Assembly: GCA_951406725.2 (NCBI GenBank)
Contig: OX597815.1
Span: forward strand, 204,476,001 to 204,540,000
DNA from: Octopus vulgaris
Lineage: Eukaryota
DNA length: 64,000 nt
Direction of reading: 5' to 3'
Shown here piece by piece: positions 14,030 through 28,624 of this stretch. The notes beneath the pieces are model-generated. The model searched no databases, was not told the origin of the DNA, and saw only the letters and a list, made by a program, of their open reading frames with translations. Positions within the stretch are counted from its first letter, which is position 1. The number at the start of each line of letters is the position of its first letter. A program made the position numbers and the translations under genes.

Positions 14030-14570
14030 CTCCCGGAGCCCGTGAAGTAGGTAACAGCCTTCAGTCTCTGTAACTTGGGCCGAGTCGTTATCCCCCAGAG
14101 ACTTGGAAAAAAGTACGGGTCTCTTTGAGCCCAGAATTTTTCACCGAAATTTATATTTCGACGGGCGGCCAAGGTGATATCAATATCCCCACGAGAGACG
14201 TTAGAATGTTTCATGGCAAAAATGAGGGCTTTGTTGAGAAGGATACGGTATACGTTAGAGTTATATTGGTCTATGTCGACCTGGATAAATTTAAAAGTAT
14301 GTTTAGGGCTTAAGGAATTAAACCACTGGATGGCCTCAGTAGTTTTAGTCCATAGGTGCAGTGGGGATGTAGCATGCAGTTGGGGTATAATTCTGTCATA
14401 TAATTTTGCTGATCTTAACTATATCCGAACTGGAGGGGCAGATGAGGTGAACGGAAGGATCGTGCTTCGATACGGGAAAAATTCACTACCACTATTGTTC
14501 CGGAAGGTTGTTTTCATATCTTCTACGGACTGCTTGAAACTCACTAACTTCCTACACCGCGATCCATGAA
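14030..14570 (-). mobile_element. Decayed Penelope-like reverse transcriptase fragment
   Basis: HLICPSSSDIVKISK...LWTKTTEAIQWFNSLSPKHTFKFIQVDIDQY...LLNKALIFA...GDNDSAQV with frameshifts. Confidence 0.65.
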
Positions 14571-14671
14571 TCTTACCTTTACATATCGATATAGAAATGT
14601 ATGTATGTATGTATGTATGTATGTATGTATGTATGTATGTATGTATGTATGTACGTATGTATGTATGTATA

Positions 14672-15951
14672 CGAGGTCTGTAAATAAAGTAATGAGACTA
14701 GTCTCATATCGTTAGATATGGCAACACTGCATGGTTCTCCTTCACGATGTTACTACATCAACGTCCCCTATAACTTCAGCTCATGCAAATACCACTCGGC
14801 ATTAACAGGTGAACTGTGAGTCCACGTTTTGCGAAGTGATTTTGTTTAGAGTGTCCTGAAAATGATCGAGCAACGTGTGCGATCAAGTTTTATTTCAAAC
14901 TCGGAAACAATGCCACTGAAACTTGTGCAAAACTTCAACAGGCTTATGGGGAGAGTGCTTTATCAAGAGTACAGGTTTTTGTATGGTTCAAAGCCTTGTC
15001 AGAAGCCCGAGAATCTGATGAAGATGACCTTCAGTCTAGAAGGCCACCAATTTAAGAAATGATGAAAATGTGGAACGAATCAGAGACCGCGTGCGTTCAG
15101 ACAGTCGGTTAACCGTCAGATAGATTTCAGAAAAGCTGAATTTGAACCACACTGCTGTTCATCCAAGGAATTGTGAATGAGGAAAATTTCTGCGAAATTT
15201 GTCCCCAAAAATCTCACTCCGAACAACAGGAAGAAAGTATGCTGTGATCTCCTGGAACGGATTGAAAATACCCAGATTTTCTTCCAAACGTCGTTACGGT
15301 TGATGAATCATGGATGTTTCAGTACGATCTAGAAACAAAATGCCAAAGTCAGGAATGGCACACTGCAAACTCACTGCGGCCAAAAAAAAAAAAAGAAGAA
15401 GAAAACAAGCGAGAATAAGCAAATCAAAAATCAAAGCCATGTTAATTTGGTTTTTCGAGGTCGTCCATAAAGAATTCGTTCCTCAAGGACTGGCGGTCAA
15501 TCAGCATTTTTATCCTGTGGTTCTTGAAAGGCTGCGAAAACTAATTGTTTGTGTGAAGCCAAGCATCAAAGACACCTGGATGTTGCATCACAGCAATGCA
15601 CATTGTCACACAGTGCTTTCGATTACAGAGTTTTGGACACGGAAAAACATCCCTGTTGTCGCTCAGCCTCTGTATTCGCCTGACCTGAATCCGTGTGACT
15701 TCTTTTTCTTCTTGAGAGTGAAAATTCAGCTGAAAAGGTATCATTTTGGCACGTTGGAAAACATAAAAAAGGGTATAACCGACCAGCTTAAGGTCATTCC
15801 AGTTTATGAGTTCCGGCACTTCTGTGAAGAGTGGAAACAACATTCTGGGCGCTTTGTGGCTTCCTTTTGAAGGTGACAGTATTGATTTGTAGTTTAATTA
15901 TTAATAAGAGTGCTTACTGAAAAAGTCTCATTATATTATTTACAGACTTCG
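14672..15951 (+). mobile_element. Full-length decayed mariner transposon
   Basis: TIR cgaggtctgtaaataaagtaatgagact / agtctcattatattatttacagacttcg, TA flanks; WMLHHSNAHCH and YSPDLNPCDFF motifs, frameshifted. Confidence 0.9.
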
Positions 15952-15969
15952 TATGTATATATATCCAGA

Positions 15970-16360
15970 GAGCCTTTATTAAAAACATTAAGGATATCAT
16001 TAATCTTGATTATCGGGACCGCCTTAAAGTATTGGATCGTTATTCTTTCAGCACAATGTGGAGAATAAACCAACAGCAGTGCCTAAACGACCTTAGCATT
16101 AGATTCAGAATTCGTCCAAGGCTGGGAACACTTGCCATAAGCCCCCTACACAATTCAGGCTCACAATACATAAATTCACTACAACACAATTTCTTTTCCT
16201 CAATAGGCGCTGCTCTATTTAACATTATCTCAAAACAAACCAAAGGAAAATATCCCATTACCTTCAATCGAAACCTGGACTAATTTCTTCAAGGGACACT
16301 AGACAAGCCACTTATACCTGAACACATCTCAGTCAACAACAATTCCCTAAATGAACGGGC
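15970..16360 (+). mobile_element. Decayed CR1/L2-like LINE 3' end
   Basis: SLQHNFFSSIGAALFNIISKQTKGKYPITFNRNLD. Confidence 0.5.
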
Positions 16361-16617
16361 CATGATATCACAAAACTTGACTTCTCTAAGTTACCTAAGT
16401 TATACATATGACATGTATATGTTCTTTTAGCAGTCGTAAAAGCTATATCCGACGTGAATATCTGTGATGTGGCATAATAAGATGAAATTAAAAACAGAGT
16501 CCTCAATACATACACACTATGCACGCATGCACACAAGCTCGCTCACACACACACACACTAACACAGACACACTCACACACACATGTTCATATGCACATAT
16601 GCGCACTTCCCTATGTT

Positions 16618-17597
<980 letters not shown>

Positions 17598-17598
<1 letters not shown>

Positions 17599-17690
17599 TA
17601 CATACATACATACATACATACATACATACATACATACATACACACATGCATACATACATACATACATACATACATACATACATACATACA

Positions 17691-17721
<31 letters not shown>

Positions 17722-17724
17722 GTG

Positions 17725-17786
<62 letters not shown>

Positions 17787-17822
17787 TACATACAGACAGA
17801 CAGACAGCTAGATTGATAGATC

Positions 17823-17880
<58 letters not shown>

Positions 17881-17914
17881 CAGACAGACATACAGACAGC
17901 TAGATTGATAGATC

Positions 17915-17993
<79 letters not shown>
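17598..17993. repeat. (TACA)n and (GATA)n/(GACA)n microsatellites
   Basis: Direct inspection. Confidence 0.95.
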
Positions 17994-18053
17994 TGACCTA
18001 CATTATTTACATTATTTACATTTGACGGATATTTCTCCTCATCTTTGTTGTTA

Positions 18054-18097
18054 ACACAACATTTCGGCTGATGTACTCTCCAGCCTTCATCAGGTGT
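18054..18097 (-). ncRNA. Hammerhead ribozyme motif in solo PLE pLTR (18000-18175)
   Basis: acac-CTGATGA-aggctg...cagcc-GAAA-tgtt-gtgt; same pLTR as 22370-22505. Confidence 0.6.
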
Positions 18098-19019
18098 CCT
18101 GTGGAAATTTCGAACCTGGGTTCTCATTCCTAAGGTATTTTTCCGATGTTATTATCATTATTATTATCAATAATATTAATACGCTAACTTTTTGTTTTTG
18201 TATGTACCTATTGTCTGCGTCACACTTACTTCAAAGAAGTGGCAAAGCGAGAGAGAGGAGGACAGAGAGGAAGTAAGAGAGAATGAGAGTGAAAGAGAAA
18301 AAGTGAGAGAGAAAGAGAGAGAGAGTGAAAGAGACAGTGAGTGGTGACGGCGTTGGTTTTGTGTTTTTAAATGTTTCAGAGGGGACGTAAGAGAGAAAGA
18401 AAGAGAGAGAGTGGGAGAGAGAGAGTGAAAGAGAAAAAGTGAGAGAGAAAGAGAGAGAGAGAGTGAAAGAGACGGGGAGTGGTGACGGCGTTCGTTTTGT
18501 GCTTTTAAAAGTTTATCACATCGCAAGAGAAGCAGATTCGTAGATACATATGCACATTGTTAAATCAAAAGTGAGAGAGAAGAGGGACACAAAGGAAGTG
18601 AAAGAGAAAGAGAGAAAGTGAGAGAGACAGTAGATACATAAATCCAAAGAAAAGTTCACAGACAGATACAGAGACACAGCAAATATTGGCTGTCAGTTTC
18701 ACTTTCCATTACCACACGAGGATAAAATTAACTCACAAATGGCTGAGTACTCCACAGACATGCATAACATTAACGTAGTTCTCAGGGAGACTCAGCCACA
18801 CACAGAATATGACAAGGCCGGCCTTGTCATATTACAGCTACAACTCGAGATATATATATATGAATGTATTTGTGTGTGTATAGTTTAGGTTAGTTAAAAC
18901 ATGTTTGCAATAAGTGTCGCGTGGTGGAAATAAATGCAATTACCAAACTTTCATTCATAAATCCATTTACTATTGCTTTCTTTTGCATTTCAATTAGTAC
19001 ATTTGTACCCAGAAATTTT

Positions 19020-19704
19020 CAACAACTGCACGCCAGACGTAATGGAAAAACGAGTAATTTTATCTCCTAAAAATTCTGACTGTCTTGCAATAAATGAAAA
19101 AAGTTCTTAAATATTACACCAGAGGCACTTAAAACGTACTTAAGCACAGATTCAGTATCCTGAAATAATGAAAAGGAGGTTCAGAACTATCCAACTGAAT
19201 TCATAAACTCCCTCACTCCATCCGGTATGCCTCCTCATCGCCTCCTCATCGCCTCAACTTAAAAGTAGGGGCTATTGTAATCCTGCTAAAAAATCGGTCA
19301 AGGATTATGTAATGGAACTCGCAAGAAAGTGCAAAAACTTAATGAACATTGTATCGAGGCATCATTGGTAACTTGGTAACAGAGGTCGCACAGTTCTAAT
19401 TCCCAGAATGAAACTTAGCCCAAGTGATGCAAATATTCCATCCATACTAAACAGACTTCCGTTTCCACTTCGACTTGCATATTCAATGACAATTAATTAG
19501 GCTCAAGGGCAAACATTTGAAAAAGTTGGAATACATTTGCCTCAACTGGTATTTTCTCATGGCCAATTATATGTCGCAGTTTCAAGAACACGAGCTATGA
19601 ACAATATCAAAGTAAGTGTTATGACACTCAATTGGGATAACAGACAAGGCCAAAAACGTGGTGTGATATACACGCAAAATATTGTCTACCATGAAGTACT
19701 GTGA
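19020..19704 (+). mobile_element. Helitron RepHel PIF1-type helicase C-terminal remnant
   Basis: YPTEFINSLTPSGMPPHRL, LKVGAIVILL, GLCNGTR, FPLRLAYSMTIN*AQGQT, VFSHGQLYVAVSR, NIVYHEVL*. Confidence 0.85.
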
Positions 19705-19914
19705 GGAAGACCACCGCACCAGCTAGCTTCACCACCACACCAGCCGCTCCATCATTACACATCCACATTACACCTTTAAGATTGGGGAACCAGTTAGGGG
19801 GCCCACTGGATCCCTCTCGGCATACCAGCAAACCACAAAATCACACTAGCCAGTATCAACACTATCTACAGGCCCGTCATGTCTGTTTGTATGTATGTAT
19901 GTATGTTCATATGT

Positions 19915-20465
19915 CAGGTCGCTTTCGAGTGCTACTGGTAACATGTAACCCAGTACAACCTGTTGCATGGTCGGGTCGTCGGCGACTAAACCGGCAACCC
20001 CACCAAGCTTGCTTGGTGAGGAGAGTGTTTATTGGACACCCTGCGGGATGAAAAACAAAACCCGTCAAAGGGCGGAGGAACTCTTGAGAGTCAACGGCCA
20101 TTCAATAAATGTCTTAAGGCTGTATCATGCGCGGGGACATAGAAATAATCGGACTGAATACCCAATCGCGCGGTTAAACCATTGGGAGTGAAGGACTCCT
20201 AGCCTTTGTTAGGGCATCCTTCTAGGAGAAGGTAACTCAGGTAACTGGGATAACTCCGACATAAAACCTGCGGCTCAGTGGTTACCGATGATGTTGACTT
20301 GTTCTTCTTTCGGATTATGGCTGCTGTTGCTTAGTGAGTAGGATTGACTCAGTGCACAGCCTTTCCTCACTTAAAAAAAAATCTTCTTGCACAGGCATTG
20401 CACGATAACAACATTGATTAAGCTTCGTTCAATGGCCATACTCGATAACGAGGGGGCAGACACCA
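19915..20465 (+). mobile_element. ~550-bp non-coding retroposon flanked by (TATG)n (RTE-derived?)
   Basis: Three high-identity copies in window; ctaggagaagg...aaacc segment resembles RTE 5' UTRs. Confidence 0.7.
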
Positions 20466-20639
20466 TGTATGTATGTATGTATGTATGTATGTATGTATGT
20501 ATGTATGTATGTATGTGTGTATGTATGTATGTATGTATGTATGTATGTATGTATGTATGTATGTATGTATGTATGTGTGTGTGGGGGGGGGGTTGTGTTC
20601 CACCACCACCATTGCTTGACAACCGATGTTGGTGCGATT

Positions 20640-21050
20640 TCGTTGCCATTATTTTCACCTTCTTTGCAACAATAGTTGCCGTACTACCCTCGGGTTGTTC
20701 AGTTTGGGTATCCTACACGAGATCAATAGCAAATTTTTTGCTTTCCTTTATGATAGAATGAAGCTTCTTTCGTCTCTCGTGATTTTCCACGGGCTTTAGC
20801 ATCCAGTCATTCAAGGTATTTGGCCAGTCCAATTGTGGTTGTTTTATAAGCTAGTTCAAATTGGATCAGGCCTCGACCTCCTTGGGCTCTGGGGAGGTAA
20901 AGGCGATCTACGTCTGCCTTTGGGTCGTGCATCGTATTACAACTCAACAGCTTGCGTATTTTCCTATCTATATTCTTTACCTCACTCATATTCCAGTTCA
21001 ACACATTGTAGCTATAAGTAACAACTGGAACTGCTAAGGTATTTATAGCT
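20640..21050 (-). mobile_element. R4/Dong-like non-LTR RT fragment
   Basis: IDRKIRKLLSCNTMHDPKADVDRLYLPRAQGGRGL. Confidence 0.75.
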
Positions 21051-21134
21051 AATTATTATTATTATTATTATTAAAGTCACTGCCTGGAATCGAACTCAGA
21101 GTCTGAGGGTTAGTAACCCGCGTTCCTATTGGTT

Positions 21135-22298
21135 ACTTGATGGAATTGTTGACCTTCTGTGTAGAAACTACCTACTTCAGAATGGACATTGATATATATT
21201 GACAAGAAGCGGGTTTAGCTATGGGTTCGCCATTATCACCGATAATAGCCAATATATATATGGAATACTTTGAGAATTTGGCTTTAGGATAACACCACTA
21301 AAACCAACCCTATGGCTGCAATATGTTGATGGCACCTTTATACTCTGACCCCACCAGGAAGATGTCCAAATACTGTTAGAACGCGTGAACTCAATAAAGC
21401 CATCGATACTGTTCACAATGGAAAAGGAAAATGACAGTCAGCTAGCATTCCTGGACGTATTAATGACACGAACCAAGTATGGATCCAGGACATCCGTATA
21501 CAGCCAGCCAACCTTCACTGGGCGATACCTCAGCTTCAATTCCCACCGTCCATACAGTGTAAAGTGAGGGATTGCTCAGTGTCTAAAACATCGAGCAGAG
21601 AATATAAGTATCGATCACCACGAAGAAATGATCAAGCTAAGTAATAATCTATTAAGCAACAACTACCCACAAAACATACTATCCACTTCAATTATGAAGA
21701 GAAGAGAGGATGAACCCCATAAACTGGCAACAGTCTGTCTACCCTATGTGAAAGGCCTCACTGAAAAGATAGAAAAGATATGCGGCCCATATGACATCAG
21801 GACAGTATTCAAGAGTAATACAGCACTTCACAAATATATCCATCGAATTAAACCACCAATAGAAGAGAATATGACCAAAGACTGCGTGTACTCCATCCCA
21901 TGCAGCTGTGGTAAGTTATACAAAGGCGAAACATGTCGCCCCCTCAAAAAGTGACACGAGGAAATATTGAAAAGTCGGGTATAGCTGATCATGTATGGAA
22001 AAACGGAGACCACCTCCTCCTGTGGGATGAAGTTAAAATAATAGACATAGAACACGACTGGAAAATAGGAAAACTAAGAGAAACAGCACACATGCTAGGA
22101 CATAATGACCTCCAAAGCAGACTTAGTGCAGATATGAGTAGCATATGGAAACCGGTATTAAGGAAGGATAGGAGAATATTAGATCTACAAGCCCTAAAAT
22201 TCACTCCATAATTGCCCACGGGTTAGAGTGCGGGCTACGAACCTCAAGATTCCGAGTTCGATTCCCGAATAATAATAGCAATAATAATGATAATGATG

Positions 22299-22370
<72 letters not shown>

Positions 22371-22505
22371 GCATCGGAAAAATACCTTAGGAATGAGAAA
22401 TTCCTAAGGACACCTGATGAAGGCTGGAGAGTACAAGATGAGGAGAAATATACATCAAATGTAAATAATGTACATAATTCCTCAATTCTCAAATATAGAA
22501 CTGTA
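21135..22505 (+). mobile_element. Decayed Penelope/Poseidon-type element: RT, GIY-YIG, tRNA-like segment, (AAT)n, pLTR
   Basis: GLAMGSPLSPIIANIYME, WLQYVDGTF, FTMEKE..LAFLDV, CVYSIPCSCGKLYKGETCRPL, SGIADHVW. Confidence 0.88.
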
Positions 22506-22517
22506 TTAGATAAATTG

Positions 22518-22596
<79 letters not shown>

Positions 22597-22863
22597 CATT
22601 CACAAATGTATTTCGCTTTAAAGCCTATTAAACCTATACACTACACACACACACACACACATCAGTATCTTGTGCAAGTTGTCGTTGCTGTAACTTAAAA
22701 TAATATCTCAGAGTATAACAGCCAAGTGGTTAGAGAACACTTAAAATCTGAGTGTTTAGGAAATGTTTATCACTTTACAAAGTTCTCTGAAATAAATATC
22801 TAAACACTCTTGACTAGCTTTTAAAACCTAGATAAACCGAATTATTGATATAAATGTACTTAC

Positions 22864-22912
22864 GCAGTAGGCCCAAACTTTTTGGAGAAATTCGTGTAGG
22901 AAGATAGTCTTG
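22864..22912 (-). CDS. Short coding exon of same gene (QDYLPTRISPKSLGLL)
   Basis: Acceptor gatttcag|, donor C|gtaagt, 49 nt, phase 0 to 1; completes SCYQ|QDY motif across the junction. Confidence 0.7.
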
Positions 22913-23035
22913 CTGAAATCATATTTAAGATAAATTACTTACAATTAATATGATATAAACCTATTGATCTCAGATAAAAGTCTGTTAGCATTACTCTCAT
23001 TTACGTATGTCCACACACACACAAGCACACATATG

Positions 23036-23140
<105 letters not shown>

Positions 23141-23219
23141 GCACACATTAATAAACATAATATGTATTCGTGTACGTACGTATCCGTGTATGTATGTATG
23201 TATGTATGTATATATGTAT

Positions 23220-23741
23220 CTGTCGCGTGGTCGGGTCGCCGGCGACTAAACCGGCAACCCCACCAAGCTTGCTTGGTGAGGAGGAAGCTTGGTGAGGAGG
23301 GTGCTTATTGGACACCCTGCGGGATGAAAAACAAAACCTGTCAAAGGGCGGAGGAACTCTTGAGAGTCAACGGCCATCCAATAAATGTCTTACGGCTGGA
23401 TCATGCGCGGGGACATAGAAATAATCGGACTGAATACCCGATCGCGCAGTTAAACGATTGGGAGTGAAGGACTCCTAGCCTTTGTTAGGGCATCCTTCTA
23501 TGAGAAGGTAACTCAGGTAACTGGGATAACTCCGATATAAAATCTGCGGCTCAGTGGTTACCGATGATGTTGACTTCTTCTCCTTTTCGGATTATGGCTG
23601 CTGTTGCTTAGTGAGTGGGATTGATTCAGTGCACGGCCTTTTCCCACTTAAAAATAATCTTCTTGCCCAGGCATTGCACGATAACAACATTGATTAAGCT
23701 TCGTGCAATGGCCATACTCGATAGCGAGGGGGCAGCCACCA
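23220..23741 (+). mobile_element. Second (TATG)n-flanked retroposon copy, 5'-truncated
   Basis: Matches 19960-20465. Confidence 0.75.
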
Positions 23742-24811
23742 TGTATGTATGTACACACACACACACACTGCATTTTAAAAGCAATAAGCTGACACCCGTA
23801 TTCAATAATAAGCGGATAGTTTTTTGCTGAAAATATAAAAAAACATCGACTCTTGTTACATTCATTGATCTGAGTGCTTCTGCCCTACTTGATTTTTTAA
23901 TTTTATTTCTTTATTATTTTATAATTAGTCTTTATTTATATATAAAATTAATCTAATTTTTGTATCGCTATAAATTCATACTTAGCTTATATAAAACTAT
24001 ACTGGTATTTTCACTACTTATAAAAAAAACTGCTTAGATTATAATTTTATTAATATATAATTAGCATGTTCTTTTACCTCAATACTCCTTTATTAACACA
24101 AGTATATACCAATTAATCAATAATTCACAGATACCATCTAATGAGTTAGTATTTAAGTGTACAATATGTATAAATATTAAGCTATTTCCAGATAATTTCT
24201 TTTCCTCCCACTATTGTGGTAAAAGTTTGCTATATACTCAAAAGTATTCATAAATTTCTATCCTTTTGTTATAATATTCTTCTTAATAATCCTCTGAATA
24301 ACCCTAAACTTTAACTGTGTACAATATAGCAACATTGTTTAAAATATTTAACTATAGTACTACATAAGACTTCCCCTGTTTCATTATCAATGGTCTGCTA
24401 GTGGGCGACCAACTTAATTGTCAGCTAACATCTTGTTTTAAGTTTTCCTTTTGCCAAACCTCATGATATTGCTTCTAAAAAAATCTTGATTTTTATGACT
24501 ATACCAACTATGAATTCTGTCTGCTCCCTCAGCTCTACCCCTAATAGATACTGCCTCTGTTCTCTCAGCCTTAGATATACAAGGATTTGATAAACTAGTC
24601 TATAAATTAAAACTGACTCTATAAAAGCAAAAAAAAAAAATCAGTGGCAGGCAGAGTCTGTAACAACGTATATCTTCTTGATAACTTAGTAACTTCTATG
24701 CTGGAGTGGAGACAGCATGTTCTTTGTCTATCTCCTTAACTTCTTGGAGATTTTAAGTATAATTATACTAATGTGTCCATCTGTTCTAATTTAATCAAAC
24801 TCTATGTCTTT

Positions 24812-24900
24812 GTGCAGCTGAGGATTGCTCTGCATTTTAAATTGATGTAATGATTGCATTGTTCAATTAAATGGAGTTGCATGAAACGATCGTGCTGCAT
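24812..24900 (+). ncRNA. Hammerhead-like motif with long stem II at end of decayed AT-rich PLE (approx 23900-24935)
   Basis: tgcag-CTGAGGA-...-GAAA-cgatcg-TG-ctgca; GUG triplet suggests inactive copy. Confidence 0.5.
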
Positions 24901-25022
24901 TACCTCTGGATATCGTTGTTGCTTATCTTGATTTATATATATATATATATATATATATATGCATACATGCATACATACATACATACATACATACATACAT
25001 ACATACATACATACAGACAGAC

Positions 25023-25123
<101 letters not shown>

Positions 25124-25171
25124 TAGATATATGAGTTCGCAAGAGATGTGATTACGTATATTTTTTTTTAC

Positions 25172-25372
25172 CTGATAACAACTCTGCTGGATCACAGGAT
25201 CAAAACCGGAACCCATTTGTTTTAGAGGGTTACCTCGTTTTCTGTCTGTATCTACTTTCGTTGGAAATTTTTTCTTTACAAAGGCATTTCTGTATTCTGA
25301 AACTGAGCTGCATTGACCAAAGAGAAATAAATTCTGATTCGTAGGATAGCAAGTATCGGCACGACTGTATCC
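25172..25372 (-). CDS. Coding exon of same gene (GYSRADTCYPTNQNLFLFGQCSSVSEYRNAFVKKKFPTKVDTDRKRGNPLKQMGSGFDPVIQQSCYQ)
   Basis: Acceptor tttttctgtttacag|, donor CAG|gtaaaa, 201 nt fully open, phase 0 to 0. Confidence 0.8.
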
Positions 25373-25798
25373 CTGTAAACAGAAAAATATGGAAATTTAT
25401 ACGGTAAATAAATAGCAAGTGAGAGATGGGTAGGGAACGATAGGGCAGGGGAGCGATGGGGAGTGGAGAGCGAGGCACTTCATGCAATGTGAACAAGTGG
25501 AGAATATTGTTTTCGATACACTAGAGATAGAAACTAAATGCCTTCTCCGTTCTACATTCAAATCCAACGCTATCCAATGTACTTTTCGTTGATCACTGGC
25601 AATTAATACAAAAGGGCCGCTTCGTTCCCATGTGTACCATTAAGCTGTTTGGACTCATGCTTGCCTAGAAAACAATTGTTATTTTGTTCTTGTGTTTGGT
25701 TTGCAAGACTTTTGGTGTGAAACCGTGTGTTGAAACAGATCTTGTATTTTGGCAGAGTCATTAGGTCAACAGAAAACATATGCACTAGTTCTATTCCA

Positions 25799-26186
25799 GT
25801 GGAGGCGCAATGGCCCAGTTGTTAGGGCAGCGGACTCGCGGTCGTAGGATCGCGGTTTCGATTCCCAGACCGGGCGTTGTGAGTGTTTATTGAGCGAAAA
25901 CACCTAAAAGCTCCACGAGGCTCCGGCAGGGGGTGGTGATCCCTGCTGTACTCTTTCACCACAACTTTCTCTCACTCTTACTTCCCGTTTCTGTTGTACC
26001 TGTATTTCAAAGGGCCGGCCTTTTCACTCTCTGTGTCACGCTGAATATCCCCGAGAACTACGTTAAGGGTACACGTGTCTGTGGAGGGCTCAGCCACTTA
26101 CACGTTAATTTCACGAGCAGGCTGTTCCGTTGATTCGGATCAACCGGAACCCTCATCGTCGTAACCGACGGAGTGCTTCCAGTCCC
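25799..26186 (+). mobile_element. SINE family B
   Basis: 12-bp TSD agttctattcca at 25787-25798 and 26187-26198. Confidence 0.9.
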
Positions 26187-26574
26187 AGTTCTATTCCATT
26201 TCTTTTATTTTAAAGAGAGAGAGAAAAAGAGAGAGGTGAGGAGAAGGTGTCTATTATTCTGTATTTGTGTGTTCATATCGCAGGCACAGTCGAAATGTTT
26301 AACATATTGAAACAATCTGGTGAAGATTTATAAAGATATATCGGTAGGTAGTTAAATTGAAGTGAAATAACTTTAGCAAATTGCTTATCTTTTATATATT
26401 CCAGACCAAAGACTGTTGCCATGCTGGGGCACCACCATTATTCACTTTTCGTTTTTTGTTATATGGTTTAAATACTTATCGGTATTATGACAGCAGACAG
26501 ATACAGAAAGGAAGTCAGATATGATAGTTAATAAGCTAGCTAGCTCGTTAGCTAGACAGATACGTAGGTGAGTC

Positions 26575-26639
<65 letters not shown>

Positions 26640-26705
26640 CCATTTCGCAATTATAGATCGCTAAACCTTTTTTTTCTATTTTCTCTCCATATTTATTGCT
26701 GTGTT

Positions 26706-26742
26706 CTTTTCTGTCGAAGAGCGTAGGCTCGAAACGTAAAAG
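26706..26742 (+). ncRNA. Hammerhead motif, A6U variant, in ~190-bp (TA)n-flanked element
   Basis: ctttt-CTGTCGA-a-gagc(gtag)gctc-GAAA-cg-TA-aaag. Confidence 0.5.
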
Positions 26743-26833
26743 ACTTTCTCACTTCCCGAGCGTTAAACTAATGCATTTGTTTGTTGCTTAAACACCCGTC
26801 TTCGTCAGTTGTTTTTGTTTTCTTTGTAAATTC

Positions 26834-26893
<60 letters not shown>

Positions 26894-27127
26894 GGAAGAA
26901 ATCGCTTATTACCTCCCCCTACCTGGAACTCTTCTTTGCACTTCATAACAAAGACATAACACGATGTTTTGAGAAATTTTAAAAGTTAACACGAAACCGG
27001 TAATTTCTTCAAAAACTATGTCACTGTATGAAAACATTTTATAACATTCTTCTGACATAATGACTCAAATATATTTTTTAACCTTTTAAAACAAGCCTTC
27101 TGTAGCTTTTTCCCTTTTTACTATTTT

Positions 27128-27166
<39 letters not shown>

Positions 27167-28020
27167 GAATGAGATTTTTCATTTTAATTCATCCTTCATT
27201 TCCTTAAACTATAAAGCACATCATATCTGCCAAACATATTAAAAGAAGGAAAATAAGCAATACCTTCAAAGTTCATTTCGATTATATTTGAACGTACAGT
27301 TTTGATTTAATGACAGGATGTCATAAGAATTTTTTGAGATTCCTTACTTGTGTTTAATAGAATAGCATAATGTTTTAAAATACGGTGACTTATGCTGTAG
27401 AATTTCTACAGAACCTGCTAGTAAATATAATATACGATAAGATTTTTCTTCAATTTTGATTAAAATATTAACGACTTCAAAGCAAAACAACGCATTACAG
27501 TTCACCTGGTTTTAGCATCTCTGACTTTCACTTGCTACAACTACGTTTTTGTTGTGTATGATTGGCCTCATCCACGGATTCATTACCTTTTACAATATGT
27601 AAGACGAGATAACAAAATTGAATGAACTTTTAAATACAAACAGGACAAGTAAGTAGAGACACTGTTATAACAAAAGAGTAAAAACGCTCTTGAGTAATTT
27701 AGAAAATGATTTAATTAAGCATTATGAGAGAATTGCGAAAAATAAACAGAGCGACTCCAGCTCGCATCAAATGATTTAGAAAGTATAAATCTCACAAATT
27801 GGAAGAAATTCAATTACTTAAAATGATAAAGTGTTACCAAAAAATGTGTAGCGTCGAATAGTGTATCTCTAAATCTGTCGTCTCTCCCTCTTTATTTCCT
27901 TTACCTTTGTTTCCTTTCAAATTCCCTTTCTATTTCTACTCACTCTCTCACTCCCCGTATTTATCTATCTATCTATCCATATATTTGTCTATCTATCCAT
28001 CTAGTTAGCTATAACTCTAT

Positions 28021-28067
<47 letters not shown>

Positions 28068-28126
28068 AGATCGGTAGCCACTACACACTATTTTTTCTCT
28101 CCTTGTTTTTTTTTTTCTCTGTGTCC

Positions 28127-28162
28127 CTTTCTGTAGAAGAGCGTAGGCTCGAAACGTAAAAG
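28127..28162 (+). ncRNA. Hammerhead motif, A6U variant
   Basis: cttt-CTGTAGA-a-gagc(gtag)gctc-GAAA-cg-TA-aaag. Confidence 0.5.
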
Positions 28163-28254
28163 ACTTTTTCTATTCCTGAGCGGTATACTAATATATCTGT
28201 TTGTTTCGTACACCACCTGTCTTCGTCTTTTGCTTTTTTTTTTTCGTGAACTCT

Positions 28255-28327
<73 letters not shown>

Positions 28328-28443
28328 CCCAATCTTCCTCTCTGCATCTCTCTCCCAAGCGTCAACAGATTAACTGTGAAAGTGCCCATGTGTGGTCTAT
28401 AGTAACTTTGTGTTCATTATTATTACGTTAATATCTACAGCGT

Positions 28444-28516
28444 AACCGCTTGTCTCAGTTGGTTAGAGCGCCAAGCTACTAACGCAAATACCGTGGGTTC
28501 GAGCCCCTTACTGCCA
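28444..28516 (+). pseudogene. tRNA-Ile(AAT)-like pseudogene or SINE head
   Basis: ctcagttggttagagcg...gctactaacgc...gggttcgagcccc resembles tRNA-Ile; acceptor and anticodon stems do not pair well. Confidence 0.6.
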
Positions 28517-28624
28517 AATAATATGTCTGTTTTGATATTTATGTGTGGTTTTACGAAGTCAATAGCTTCAAACGCTAAAGTGTTATTCACAAAATAAAAA
28601 GTATAACGAAGTGTAAATATTTAT

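Noticed and set aside
27506-27586. Candidate extra exon in the 34-kb intron
   Set aside because: Stops in all usable frames and phase incompatible
28444-28516. Functional tRNA gene
   Set aside because: Acceptor and anticodon stems mispaired; treated as pseudogene or SINE head
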